Positions 28,824-38,543 of a DNA stretch of 62,918 bases are shown one piece after another (position 1 is the stretch's first letter; each line of letters begins with the position of its first letter). Position numbers and translations under genes: made by a program. Below the pieces are notes generated by a model. That model was not told the DNA's origin and ran no database searches. It saw nothing but the letters and a program-made list of their open reading frames with translations. Origin of the DNA: a virus (Duplodnaviria; Caudoviricetes); the IMG/VR virus record IMGVR_UViG_3300048848_000227, positions 1-62,918 of that record; one strand, written 5' to 3'.

Positions 28824-29986
28824 CGCGCACTCAAGTCCCTAACGGTTGAGAGGACTATCCTCAAACCGTTGCGGTCACGACCGCCCCGCCGCCATGCTGC
28901 ACTTCGTTGCAGCCGCTGAGTGTGCGGGTAACGATTGGCAAGGGTGCTGGATTTCTAGTTACCCAGGCTTGCCAACACTATAACGAAGATGCCGCGGCAC
29001 CAGTGATGGTGATCGTCTGCAGGGATAGCCGAGCGCAAATCGGAACCCGATGGCATTTGAACGCGTGTTGCGTCACGCTTCCATCTTCGTTTGCTTATTC
29101 GTGGTGCTGTCGGCCTTCAGGGGTTCGAAAACCAATACCATGGCGCCGGCACGCTACGAGCCAATTGCATGAGGAAGTGGGCCGCAAGGCCAAGATATAG
29201 CAGTGGACGCCCCAGTGAAAGCGACCTGCCATCGGCGGCCCTTGCGGCCTTAAGGAAGCGTGATGCACCGGATACGATGACTGGACACAGTGCCTGAATT
29301 AACAGGCTACTGCACCTCATGCATACCCTTTGGCCATTTACCGTTAGATGCATGCGGCTTGGACGCTGCATTCGGTTGGCCATACTTACAACGAAGATGA
29401 CAAAGGCGGCGACCCCTGCCGGGCTGATGTCGAACCAGACCCGGCCATCTTCGTTTGACCACACACAGGACCGTGAATGGCTTTGCCACGACGGATACCC
29501 AAAGAGCCAGGCTGTACGCCGGCCGCCTGTCGATACACGATGACGTTGGGTGATTGGTGAGCCTTTATAGGTCGGTTCGATTCCGGCACGTTGTCGTTAC
29601 CCCATCGCTGCCCGCTCCGTCTCCTCGGCGCCGCAGCGATCCTGCTGGAGGTTGAGTGCGCCAGATGCTTGTCATCTATAAGCCGCGCTCCCTCCAGCTT
29701 TCGTTTATTCTTGGAGCCCACCATGCTGACACTCACGCACCGTGCAGCCTCAATGGCGCGCCTACTCGTCACCGCATGCGCCTTCCTCATGGTGCTGTCT
29801 GTCGTTGCATCGTGCTCGACCGATCGGCAGTGGGCTGACGTGGCTACGATGGTGCGGCATACGTATTTGGTTCGATAAGTTTCATATTCTCGCTGGATTC
29901 TCGACCTCTTCAGCGGGGATTGTTGGGGTGGGCTTCGGCTCACCCCAACCGACATGAGGTCGATCCCAACATGGAGGTCGAGAACC
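28824..29986 (+). ncRNA. Candidate large structured ncRNA or array of RNA domains
   Basis: No credible CDS; consecutive domains closed by 6-11 bp stems with G-U pairs and A/C/U-rich linkers. Confidence 0.6.
29537..29597 (+). ncRNA. tRNA-like element lacking the anticodon arm
   Basis: 10-bp outer stem; D-arm GGGT-GATTGGTGA-GCCT; T-arm GTCGG-TTCGATT-CCGGC. Confidence 0.6.
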
Positions 29987-30658
29987 ATGGGAACTTTCAT
30001 TGATTTAACTGGGCAGCGCTTTGGTAGGCTCTTTCTTACGGGAAGAGGTGCAAACCGCGGACGTCGCGTGACGTGGAATTTCGTATGCGACTGTGGCGTT
30101 ACAGGAAACACGGTTGCGTCATACGTGACCACTGGTCGTCAGGTCAGTTGCGGGTGTTACCACAAGGAGGTGGTGGCATCGCTGGGCCGGGCTACGGCTA
30201 CACATGGAGCGACGCGAGGCGGAGTTCAGACGCCAACGTATTCCTCGTGGAGCGCTATGCGAGAGCGGGTTCTTTGCGACACCCACCATGCCTACGCCAG
30301 GTATGGCGGTAAGGGCGTAGAGATTTGCGACAGGTGGCTAGAAGGCGAAGACGGATTGACTGGATACGAGTGCTTCCTCGTTGACATGGGCGAGCGCCCG
30401 CAAGGCCACTCTATCGACCGGATTGATACTCATGGGCACTATGAGCCGGGCAACTGCAGATGGGCAACGCCAGATATACAGGCGAGAAATGCCACCGACA
30501 CGAAGATGAGCGGTATTGACGTTGGCATCCTGCTGTCGATGGTGGCCAACGACAATGCATCTTTATCTACGCTATCTGCAAGGTTTGGCATATCTAAGCA
30601 GCATGCTTGGAAGATAAAGACAGGTAAGAGATGGGCCGCATCGACTCTCGATCTGTAG
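29987..30658 (+). CDS. Free-standing HNH homing-endonuclease-like protein
   Basis: DLTGQRFGRL, CDCG, SCGC, HSIDRID..YEPGNCRWAT. Confidence 0.85.
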   Translation: MGTFIDLTGQRFGRLFLTGRGANRGRRVTWNFVCDCGVTGNTVASYVTTGRQVSCGCYHKEVVASLGRATATHGATRGGVQTPTYSSWSAMRERVLCDTHHAYARYGGKGVEICDRWLEGEDGLTGYECFLVDMGERPQGHSIDRIDTHGHYEPGNCRWATPDIQARNATDTKMSGIDVGILLSMVANDNASLSTLSARFGISKQHAWKIKTGKRWAASTLDL

Positions 30659-30939
30659 AAGCTAAAGCCTATCGAAAGCTCTACAAGACGGCACAATGGC
30701 GCTCCATCCGGGAGCGCCAGCTTGCGGAGCATCCGCTTTGCCAGTGGTGTGTCGAGCGTGAGGAAGTCACTGAGGCGACCGAAGTTCATCACTCAGATGG
30801 TGGGCACAAGGGCGATGTCACGAGGTTCTTTTCTGGCCCCTTCCTCTCGACCTGCAAGCCTTGCCACTCCTCGAGAGGCCAGCGAGAGGACGCAGGGCAG
30901 ACGGTCGTGGCCTACGGGGCGGATGGGTGGCCCCTCTAG
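30631..30939 (+). CDS. Packaging-associated HNH endonuclease
   Basis: HPLCQWC..ATEVHH..CKPCH immediately before terS. Confidence 0.88.
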   Translation: MGRIDSRSVEAKAYRKLYKTAQWRSIRERQLAEHPLCQWCVEREEVTEATEVHHSDGGHKGDVTRFFSGPFLSTCKPCHSSRGQREDAGQTVVAYGADGWPL

Positions 30940-31040
30940 GGGTGCCGGGTGCCTTCGAAGTGTCAGGACCTAACGGGCGGGGAACCGGCGTTGGGCAAAC
31001 GCGCACAACGCCACATTTCAAAATATGAGGGTATGACGCC

Positions 31041-31436
31041 ATGGCACGGCAGAGAACGCCAGCCGCCAAGGCAGCTGTCACTGGCGCTGACAAGAAGAAC
31101 AAGGGCCGTTTTGAGGAGAGAAACGAGCCTGTCGTTGACGGAGAACTCGGCGAGCCGTTCGCATGGCTGTCCGAAAACGCAAAAGAGGCTTGGCGCGAAC
31201 TGGCTGAAGAAATTCCGTGGCTCAACAAGAGCCACCGCGGCGTCCTTTCGATAGCGGCAAAAGTCCGCGGACGAATGATGGGCGATATGGTCAACGGCGA
31301 GACGGATGTCGGCGTCCAGGCCATGAATCTTTACAGGCAATGCTTGGGATCAATGGGAGCTACACCAGCAGACGCTTCGAAGGCGGGAGCTAAGCCAGAT
31401 GGCGAAAAGACCGACCCTGCCGACGCTTACTTCTGA
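31041..31436 (+). CDS. terS: Terminase small subunit
   Basis: P.WLSENAKEAW..MGATPADASK; lies before terL. Confidence 0.8.
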   Translation: MARQRTPAAKAAVTGADKKNKGRFEERNEPVVDGELGEPFAWLSENAKEAWRELAEEIPWLNKSHRGVLSIAAKVRGRMMGDMVNGETDVGVQAMNLYRQCLGSMGATPADASKAGAKPDGEKTDPADAYF

Positions 31437-33339
31437 TGATCAGACGACCGCATACGCTCTATCGGTTGTTTCTGGCGAGACGGTTGCTGGGCCGCACGTT
31501 CGCAACGCATGCCAGCGCCACCTTGACGACCTGGAAAACGGGCCGAAGCGAGGCCTGATCTGGGACCCGGCGGGCGCGGCGCGCTTCATTGGCTACTGCC
31601 GCGACGTGCTGCGCCTCAATGGCGGCCAGTTCGAAGGCAAGAAGTTCATCCTGCAGCCCAGCCAGGCGTTCATCGCCGGCTCGATTTTCGGGTGGAAGCG
31701 TACCAACGAGGACGGCAAGATCGTTCGGCGTTTTCGTCGCGCCTATGTCGAGCAAGCAAAAGGCCAGGGCAAGTCGCCATTCGCTGGCGCTGTCGGCCTG
31801 TATTGCATGACGGCGGACGGCGAAGCGGCAGCCGAAATCTACGCAGCAGGCAAAGACAAGGCGCAGGCTTTCGTTCTGTTTCGCGACTCTGTCGCTATGT
31901 ATGAGCAGTCGCCAAAACTTTCGCGGGAGCTGACGCCATCCGGCGGCAACCCCGTCTGGAACTTGGCGCACATCAAGTCGCGATCGTTCTTCCGGCCTAT
32001 CTCTCGCGAGCAGGCGCACAGCGGCCCGCGGCCTTATGTGGCTTTGGTCGACGAGTTGCACGAGCACCCGAACGGTCACACGATCGAAATGCTTGAGCGC
32101 GGCTTCAAGTTTCGCGACCAGCCGTTGTTGTTGATGATCACAAACTCGGGGAGCGACCGCAACAGCGTATGCTGGGCGGAGCACCAGTGGGCGGTCAAGG
32201 TTGCGGCCGGCACGGAAACGCCCGACGACGACTTCCACTATGTGGGCGACTGCATTGGCACCAACAACTCCAGCGACGAGACGTTCAGCTATGTCTGCGC
32301 GCTCGACAAGGACGACGACCCGTTTACGGACCCGTCCTGCTGGGTGAAGGCCAACCCGCTTCTGGGCGTGACGCTCAAGTACGAATACATCGAGGGCGTT
32401 GTAGCGCAGGCGAGGGACATCCCGTCAAAGCGCAATAACATCCTGCGGCTGCACTTTTGTGTCTGGACCGAGTCCGACACGGCCTGGATCCCGCGGCCGC
32501 TTCTCGAAAAGGTGATGTTCGATTTCGATCCATACGTCGAGCACAAAGGCAAGAAGATCAACGCGGCCGGCCTCGACTTGTCTGGAGCGAAGGATCTGAC
32601 AGCTGGGGCCTTCATCATCGAGACGGGCACGAAGCGCGTTATCCGCGCGGACGGCACGGAGGCAGATCTACCGACTTACGATTTGTGGATCGAGGCATTT
32701 ACGCCGCGGGACACAATGGACGAGCGGTCGAAGGTCGACCATGTGCCTTACCGCCTGTGGAACGAAACTTTCCACAAAGACGCGGCCGGCAACGATACGG
32801 CGCAGCCTTACATAAACGCTCCGGAGGGCGCCCGTGTACGATACGACCATGTGGCTGCTCTCTTTTCTCGCATCAATACGGAGCACGGCATTGGCGTCCT
32901 GGCTTTTGACCGTTACGCCTTCGACAAGTTCGAGCAAGAGCTCGACGAGTACGGCGTCGATATCAAGACGGTAGCCCACCCGCAAGGTGGTAAGCGCCGC
33001 GCCAAGCCAGATGAGGAGAAGGTTGAAGCGGCGAAGGCTGCCGGCCTGGAAGCTCCATTGGGTCTTTGGATGCCAGGGTCCGTTGCCGCTCTGGAAACGC
33101 TTATTCTTGAAGAGCGCATCAGGCTTCGCCGGTCTCCGGTCCTGCTTGGCGCGCTCATGGGCGTCGCAATCGAGACGGACCCGCTGATGGGCAATCAGTG
33201 GTTCAGCAAGAAGAAATCAACGGTGAGGATCGACCCTGCTGTGGCGGCTGCAATGGCGGTCGGGGCTGCGGTTGATGGCGAAGCTGCGCCACAAGCCGAC
33301 ATCGGCGACTTCATCAACAACATGGTTATGGTGATCTAA
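31399..33339 (+). CDS. terL: Terminase large subunit
   Basis: AKGQGKS, VDELHEH, WVKANP, GLDLS, RIDPAVA. Confidence 0.95.
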   Translation: MAKRPTLPTLTSDDQTTAYALSVVSGETVAGPHVRNACQRHLDDLENGPKRGLIWDPAGAARFIGYCRDVLRLNGGQFEGKKFILQPSQAFIAGSIFGWKRTNEDGKIVRRFRRAYVEQAKGQGKSPFAGAVGLYCMTADGEAAAEIYAAGKDKAQAFVLFRDSVAMYEQSPKLSRELTPSGGNPVWNLAHIKSRSFFRPISREQAHSGPRPYVALVDELHEHPNGHTIEMLERGFKFRDQPLLLMITNSGSDRNSVCWAEHQWAVKVAAGTETPDDDFHYVGDCIGTNNSSDETFSYVCALDKDDDPFTDPSCWVKANPLLGVTLKYEYIEGVVAQARDIPSKRNNILRLHFCVWTESDTAWIPRPLLEKVMFDFDPYVEHKGKKINAAGLDLSGAKDLTAGAFIIETGTKRVIRADGTEADLPTYDLWIEAFTPRDTMDERSKVDHVPYRLWNETFHKDAAGNDTAQPYINAPEGARVRYDHVAALFSRINTEHGIGVLAFDRYAFDKFEQELDEYGVDIKTVAHPQGGKRRAKPDEEKVEAAKAAGLEAPLGLWMPGSVAALETLILEERIRLRRSPVLLGALMGVAIETDPLMGNQWFSKKKSTVRIDPAVAAAMAVGAAVDGEAAPQADIGDFINNMVMVI

Positions 33340-34565
33340 TGGGCCTCTTCGAGAGATGGCGCGGAGTGCCCATAAAACTCACCGACGGCGAGTTCTGGCG
33401 CGGTTTCTTCGGGCTGGGCACTACGTCCGGTGAGACGGTGACGATCGAAAGCGCCCTGCAGCTTGATGCTGTATGGGCGTGCGTCAACCTTATCCGGAAC
33501 GCATTCATCATGCTGCCGTGCCTTGTCTACAAGGCCGACGGCGTGACCGTCGATACGAGCTCTGAGCTTTACGGCCTGCTGCATGACATGCCTAATATGG
33601 ACGACACCGCGTCGGACTTCTGGGCAATGGTGGCCCTGTGCCTCTGCCTTGATGGCAATTTTTTCGCCGAGAAGAAGATGATTGGTACGCGGCTGGTGGC
33701 ACTCAACCCGCTGCCTCCGCTGAAGGTTGACGTCTGTCGCGATAAGCGCAACACGCGCTACTACGAGGTGACGGAAGACGGCAAGAAGCGGCGCATTCCA
33801 GAAGACAAGATGTTCCACGTACGCGGCGCGGTTCTGCCCGGCTGCGACCGCGGCATGTCGCCGATTGGCGTTGTTCGCAATGCAGTCGGTAACGCGCTTG
33901 CGGGAGAACGTGTCGCCGGAGGCATGTTTGCCAATGGCTTCCAGCCGTCTGGTATTTTGACCTCTGACCAGATCTTGAAAGAGCCGCAGCGCGCCCAGCT
34001 GAGCGACATGCTCAAGCAATTCTCCGGTTCTACCAAGCCAGGCAAAGTTGCCGTCCTTGAAGCCGGCTTGAAATACGAACAGCTGACGATCGCGCCTAAA
34101 GACGCGCAAATGCTCGAGACGCGCCAGTACAGCGTCGAGCAGATTTGCCGCATCTTTGGCGTTCCGCCGGTCATGATTGGCCATGCGGCCAATGGCACGA
34201 CGACGTGGGGCAGCGGGATCGAGCAGTTGATTCTGCAGTTCACCAAGACCTGCCTTGGCCCAATGGTCAAAAGCATTGAATCCGCCGTCTATCGCGACCT
34301 GCTGAGCAGCGAAACGCGCAAGCAAATGGTGGTCAAGTTCTCGATGGAAGGCCTGTTGAGGGGGGATAGCGAGGCTCGGGCGGATTTCGTCTCCAAGATG
34401 ATCCAGTCTGGCGTTTACACCGTCAACGAGGGCCGCGCCTACGAGAACAAGGCGCCAATCGAAGGCGGCGATCGTTCGATCGTCAACGGTACGATGACCC
34501 CGCTTGATATGCTTGGCAAGGACCCACAGGCAACGCCTGAACCGCCCGCAGCACGCGCTGCATAA
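33339..34565 (+). CDS. Portal protein, HK97 family
   Basis: AVWACVNLI, GMSPI, DAQMLETR, ICRIFGVPP, TVNEGR. Confidence 0.95.
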   Translation: MGLFERWRGVPIKLTDGEFWRGFFGLGTTSGETVTIESALQLDAVWACVNLIRNAFIMLPCLVYKADGVTVDTSSELYGLLHDMPNMDDTASDFWAMVALCLCLDGNFFAEKKMIGTRLVALNPLPPLKVDVCRDKRNTRYYEVTEDGKKRRIPEDKMFHVRGAVLPGCDRGMSPIGVVRNAVGNALAGERVAGGMFANGFQPSGILTSDQILKEPQRAQLSDMLKQFSGSTKPGKVAVLEAGLKYEQLTIAPKDAQMLETRQYSVEQICRIFGVPPVMIGHAANGTTTWGSGIEQLILQFTKTCLGPMVKSIESAVYRDLLSSETRKQMVVKFSMEGLLRGDSEARADFVSKMIQSGVYTVNEGRAYENKAPIEGGDRSIVNGTMTPLDMLGKDPQATPEPPAARAA

Positions 34566-34574
34566 GGACAAATC

Positions 34575-35696
34575 ATGAAATTTGAACACCTGATTTCGGC
34601 CTTTGTGGCCGAACCCTGGGCGATTCAGCGCGAAAAACTGGGCATTTTGGCTGATGTTTTGGTTGCGCGCGCCGAGGGCGAGAAGCTGTTTTCGACCGAG
34701 TTCGCGGCGGCTGTCGATGACGCAAGATCCAAGGAAATCGCCGAATCCGACGGAAAAGTCGCGATTATCCCGGTTTACGGGGTGCTTGCGCAGAAAATGG
34801 ACATGTTTTCCGCCATGAGTGGCGGATCGTCCTACGCGGGCATCAAAAAGGCGCTGCACTCCGCCCTGTCAAACGAGGACGTGAAGGCCATTGTGCTGGA
34901 CGTCGACAGCCCTGGCGGCACAGTACCCGGCACGGACGAGCTTGCGACGGAAATTCGCAAGCTACGCGGCGGTGAAAAGCCAATCATTGCGCAGGTTAAC
35001 AGCCTTGCGGCAAGCGCTGCCTACTGGGTGGCGTCCGCAGCCGATGAAATCGTGGTGACGCCTTCGGGCCGCGCCGGTTCGATCGGCGTTTACACAGCGC
35101 ACGACGATGTCTCGGCCGCTCTCGAGCAGCGCGGCATCAAGCGCACCTACATCTCCGCCGGAAAGCACAAGGTCGAAGGCAACGAGACTGAGCCGCTGAG
35201 CAAGGAAACGCTCGCGCATGTGCAAGATGGCGTGAACCGTTCCTACAATAAGTTCGTTGCGGCTGTCGCCGAAGGGCGCGGCACGACGGTCGGCAAGGTT
35301 GAAGACGGCTACGGACAGGGCAGGGTGTTTTACGCCGAAAGCCTGATTGACCGCGGCATGGTCGATCGCATTGCCACTCTGGAAGAAACACTCGAGCGCT
35401 TTGGCGCCGATACGCAGCCGGCTTATGTGCGGCGCGTTAAGGCAAGCAACCAGGCGCGCGCGGAATCGGCCGCACTTCTTGCTACCAAGATGGCGGCGGG
35501 CGAGCCGATTACGAAACGTGAGTTCGAAAACGGCCTCAAGGGACTTGCTGGCTTTTCGAACTCAGAGGCAGAGCGGGCCGCTCGGCTCTACCTCAAGACA
35601 GATCAGGGGGCTCCTGATGACGAGACGGATGCTGCTGCTTTGGCAGCCCTAGACCGGCTTTTGGCCGAAGCAAAATCACCACTCATCAAACGATAG
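34575..35696 (+). CDS. S49-family prohead protease
   Basis: DVDSPGG, AASAAYW, GSIGV, SAGKHK. Confidence 0.92.
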   Translation: MKFEHLISAFVAEPWAIQREKLGILADVLVARAEGEKLFSTEFAAAVDDARSKEIAESDGKVAIIPVYGVLAQKMDMFSAMSGGSSYAGIKKALHSALSNEDVKAIVLDVDSPGGTVPGTDELATEIRKLRGGEKPIIAQVNSLAASAAYWVASAADEIVVTPSGRAGSIGVYTAHDDVSAALEQRGIKRTYISAGKHKVEGNETEPLSKETLAHVQDGVNRSYNKFVAAVAEGRGTTVGKVEDGYGQGRVFYAESLIDRGMVDRIATLEETLERFGADTQPAYVRRVKASNQARAESAALLATKMAAGEPITKREFENGLKGLAGFSNSEAERAARLYLKTDQGAPDDETDAAALAALDRLLAEAKSPLIKR

Positions 35697-35705
35697 GAGC
35701 CTTTC

Positions 35706-36899
35706 ATGGCCGAACTAGCAGAAAAGATTGGCGAGCTCAGTGCTTCGCTCACCTCCATCAAGGAGCAGGTCGGCAATCTTGCGACCGACTTCACGTCGAA
35801 GCTCTCCGCCACGGGCGAAGTTTCCGCCGAGCTGAAGGAAAAGACCGACAAGGCCCTTTCTGAACTCGGCGCCGTCACCACTCGCCTCGGCGACCTGGAA
35901 AAGCGCGCCGCCCGCGAACGCGAAAACGGCGAAGACGAACAGAAGTCGCTCGGCGACATGGTCGTTGAGGAAGCTGTGTCCCGCGAGTTCAAGAGCTCGA
36001 CTCGTGGCTCGCTCCGAATCTCCGCTGATCGCGCAACAATCACTTCCGGAAATACGACAGTAGGCGCAGGACGCTCGGCCGGCACTTCGCTCGTTTCGGC
36101 ACAGCGCGTTGCTGGCGTCATTGCGCAGCCTGATCGCCGCATGACTATCCGCGACCTTCTGATGCCAGGCCAGACAAATTCGAATTCGATCGAGTACGTC
36201 AAGGAAACGGGCTTTACGAACAACGCAGCCATGGTTGCCGAAACGACTGTCAAGCCGTACTCCGACCTGACCTTCGACATGACCAGCACGCCGGTTCGCA
36301 CGCTGGCTCATCTGTTCAAGGCTTCGCGTCAGATCATGGATGACGCGCCGGCACTCCGCAGCTACATTGATGGTCGCGCTCGCTACGGCCTGCAGTTCAA
36401 GGAAGAAGCCCAGCTTCTCAAGGGCGACGGCACTGGCCAGAACATTTTGGGCGTCCAGCCCCAGGCCACTGCGTTTTCACCGGCGTTCGCCCCGCAGGAC
36501 GCAACCGCAATCGATCGCCTTCGTCTCGCCATTCTGCAGGTTGTTCTGGCCGAGTATCCCGCGACCGGCTTCGTCCTCAACCCTGTTGACTGGGCCGGCA
36601 TCGAGCTGACCAAAGACAACGAGGGCCGCTACATCATCGCGAACCCGCAGGGCAGCATTACGCCGACCATTTGGGGTCTTCCTGTTGTCTCTACGCAGGC
36701 TCAGACTGTCGGCACGTTCCTGACTGGCGCCTTCAATATGGCCGCCCAGATCTTCGACCGCATGGACATCGAGGTTCTTCTGTCGACCGAGAACGTCGAC
36801 GACTTTGAGAAGAACATGGTCTCGATCCGTGCAGAAGAACGCCTCGGCCTCGCGGTCTATCGCCCAGAAGCCTTCGTCACTGGCGCAATCGCGGCCTAA
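35706..36899 (+). CDS. Major capsid protein, HK97 family
   Basis: Coiled-coil delta domain; EEAQLLKGDGTG, WGLPVV, AEERLGLAVYRPEAF. Confidence 0.96.
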   Translation: MAELAEKIGELSASLTSIKEQVGNLATDFTSKLSATGEVSAELKEKTDKALSELGAVTTRLGDLEKRAARERENGEDEQKSLGDMVVEEAVSREFKSSTRGSLRISADRATITSGNTTVGAGRSAGTSLVSAQRVAGVIAQPDRRMTIRDLLMPGQTNSNSIEYVKETGFTNNAAMVAETTVKPYSDLTFDMTSTPVRTLAHLFKASRQIMDDAPALRSYIDGRARYGLQFKEEAQLLKGDGTGQNILGVQPQATAFSPAFAPQDATAIDRLRLAILQVVLAEYPATGFVLNPVDWAGIELTKDNEGRYIIANPQGSITPTIWGLPVVSTQAQTVGTFLTGAFNMAAQIFDRMDIEVLLSTENVDDFEKNMVSIRAEERLGLAVYRPEAFVTGAIAA

Positions 36900-36906
36900 G
36901 CCTGAA

Positions 36907-36926
36907 GGGGCGCCTTCGGGCGCCCC
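36907..36926 (+). other. Stable UUCG hairpin after the capsid gene
   Basis: GGGGCGCC-TTCG-GGCGCCCC; no U-tract. Confidence 0.6.
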
Positions 36927-36950
36927 GATTCCAACCAATAGGAGGGCTTC

Positions 36951-37250
36951 ATGGCCTACGACAAGACGAAAGACCCGTCTGCGGGTAATCCATACATTTC
37001 CGGCCGCCGGAAGGGCGCTCGCCATCCGAAGGGCCTAACGGTCACGCCAAGCGACACGGTGGACCTTGCTAGCTACGCGGCTGGCCTTGTGGTCATCACT
37101 GCCGGCAACATCAAATACATTCCTTCGCAGAATGCGGACGCCGACACGATCACGGTGACTGCTGCCCCGGTTGGGTTTATCATCCCCCACCAGGTCCGGC
37201 GCGTGTTCGCGACGGGCACGACCGGCGCTGTCGCTACGCTGGAGGGTTGA
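36951..37250 (+). CDS. Head spike-base-like protein (RcGTA Rcc01079-like)
   Basis: VTPSDTVDL...IPHQVRRVFATGTT pattern, recalled from that family. Confidence 0.65.
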   Translation: MAYDKTKDPSAGNPYISGRRKGARHPKGLTVTPSDTVDLASYAAGLVVITAGNIKYIPSQNADADTITVTAAPVGFIIPHQVRRVFATGTTGAVATLEG

Positions 37251-37251
37251 T

Positions 37252-37515
37252 ATGTCTTCGAAGAAAGAAGAGCCCTCGGCCAAGGTCGAGCCTTCCGTGT
37301 TGAAGTCGGCGGATGTCGTTTACACGGAAAAGACCCTGCCCCCTGCGCCCGAGCCCAAGACGAAAGACGATGCCAACGCCGTCACGGTGAAGGCTGTTCG
37401 CAGCTTTGAGGGCATCGAAGGTGACAAGGGTCCGGCGTCAGCGCCGTTCTCGGTCAGCCGCCAGCGCTACGCGGATCTGAAGGCCAACGGCCTTGTCGAA
37501 CTGGTTGAAGAGTAG
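37252..37515 (+). CDS. Hypothetical virion-region protein
   Basis: ORF with GGAGG RBS; L.ANGLVE C-terminus. Confidence 0.65.
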   Translation: MSSKKEEPSAKVEPSVLKSADVVYTEKTLPPAPEPKTKDDANAVTVKAVRSFEGIEGDKGPASAPFSVSRQRYADLKANGLVELVEE

Positions 37516-37538
37516 CCCAAAGGGCGGGACGGTTGTCT

Positions 37539-37895
37539 ATGGCGCTGGTTGATATAGAGCTCGCGCGCAAGCACCTGCGCATCTTTCATGATGATGAGGA
37601 CGCCGAGATCGGCGTCTATCTAGCCGCGGCTGAATCGATCGTTCTGGAGTATCTGGATAGACCTGTTTTGCCAGTTGGTGGAACGCTTCCTGATCCGGAC
37701 ACGGTTGGCTACACGATGATCGTAACGCCGCCAATCGTTGCTGCCGTTCTCCTTGTTTTGTCTGATCTGTACGAGCGCCGTGAGGCGCCAGAGAAGGACA
37801 CGGGCGACGCCGTGCTTCAGCCGACAGTACGGCGGCTTCTGGCTCCTTGGCGCGTCTGGCGTACGTCCTTGGAGGATGTGGCATGCGCGTACTGA
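37539..37895 (+). CDS. Head-tail connector (gp6-like)
   Basis: ARKHLRI..DED, AVLLVLSDLYERRE, LLAPWR. Confidence 0.9.
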   Translation: MALVDIELARKHLRIFHDDEDAEIGVYLAAAESIVLEYLDRPVLPVGGTLPDPDTVGYTMIVTPPIVAAVLLVLSDLYERREAPEKDTGDAVLQPTVRRLLAPWRVWRTSLEDVACAY

Positions 37896-37959
37896 CACCC
37901 CATAAGAACTGGCGCGGCTGAGCCGCATATTGCGCCGCGCGCGCTAGAAGGACCAATTC

Positions 37960-38370
37960 ATGGCCGCACTAAGCATTACCGCATCCAGCGTCGTCGCTGG
38001 CAGCAATTCCGAGCGCGACGTCGGCACGGCCGGCGCTGCAATCACGGCCGGGCAGGCCGTCTACTACGACACCGCAGTTGCCAAATGGCTTCCCGCCGAT
38101 ACCAATTCCGCGACCGTTGCAGCTCGCAAGGCCGGCGCCATCGCGCTGAACACCGCGGCGCTTGACCAGCCGATTTCGCTGCACAAGGCCGGCGACCTGG
38201 CGGTCAATGCCGTCCTCACGAAGGGCGTTGCCTACTACCTCGGCGGCACGCCTGGCGCGATTGTCCCCGTTGCCGATCTTACGACGGGCGATTACACGCA
38301 AATCATCGGGATTGCCAAGAGCACGACTGTTCTGGCTGTCGATCTCCAGTCGGCCGGCGTCGCTATCTGA
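37960..38370 (+). CDS. Putative capsid decoration/structural protein
   Basis: Ala/Gly/Thr-rich; AITAGQAVY. Confidence 0.65.
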   Translation: MAALSITASSVVAGSNSERDVGTAGAAITAGQAVYYDTAVAKWLPADTNSATVAARKAGAIALNTAALDQPISLHKAGDLAVNAVLTKGVAYYLGGTPGAIVPVADLTTGDYTQIIGIAKSTTVLAVDLQSAGVAI

Positions 38371-38543
38371 TGCACGTCCGCTTTACGGCTGATTTCCCAT
38401 GGCGGCAGCCCGGCTTCACCATCGATTACAAGGCCGGCATGACGCTCAACGTCAAACGGGCCTGCGGTGAAGAAGCCATCGAGAAGGGCGTCGCCGCGAA
38501 GATCCAGCCAACAAAGCGCGGAGGCGACGATGACGGCAGGTAA
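38370..38543 (+). CDS. Small hypothetical protein (not in the ORF track)
   Basis: MHVRFTADF...; 57 aa coupled by TGATG. Confidence 0.55.
   Translation: MHVRFTADFPWRQPGFTIDYKAGMTLNVKRACGEEAIEKGVAAKIQPTKRGGDDDGR

Noticed and set aside
29537-29597. Canonical tRNA or tmRNA gene
   Set aside because: No anticodon arm, and no tag reading frame or G3-U70 acceptor recognised; kept only as tRNA-like
28907-30132. ORFs in the structured tract (e.g. 29386-30132 -, 28907-29200 +)
   Set aside because: No RBS, atypical composition, no motifs; base-pairing explains the region better
30940-31030. cos site between HNH and terS
   Set aside because: Position is plausible but no specific sequence could be supported
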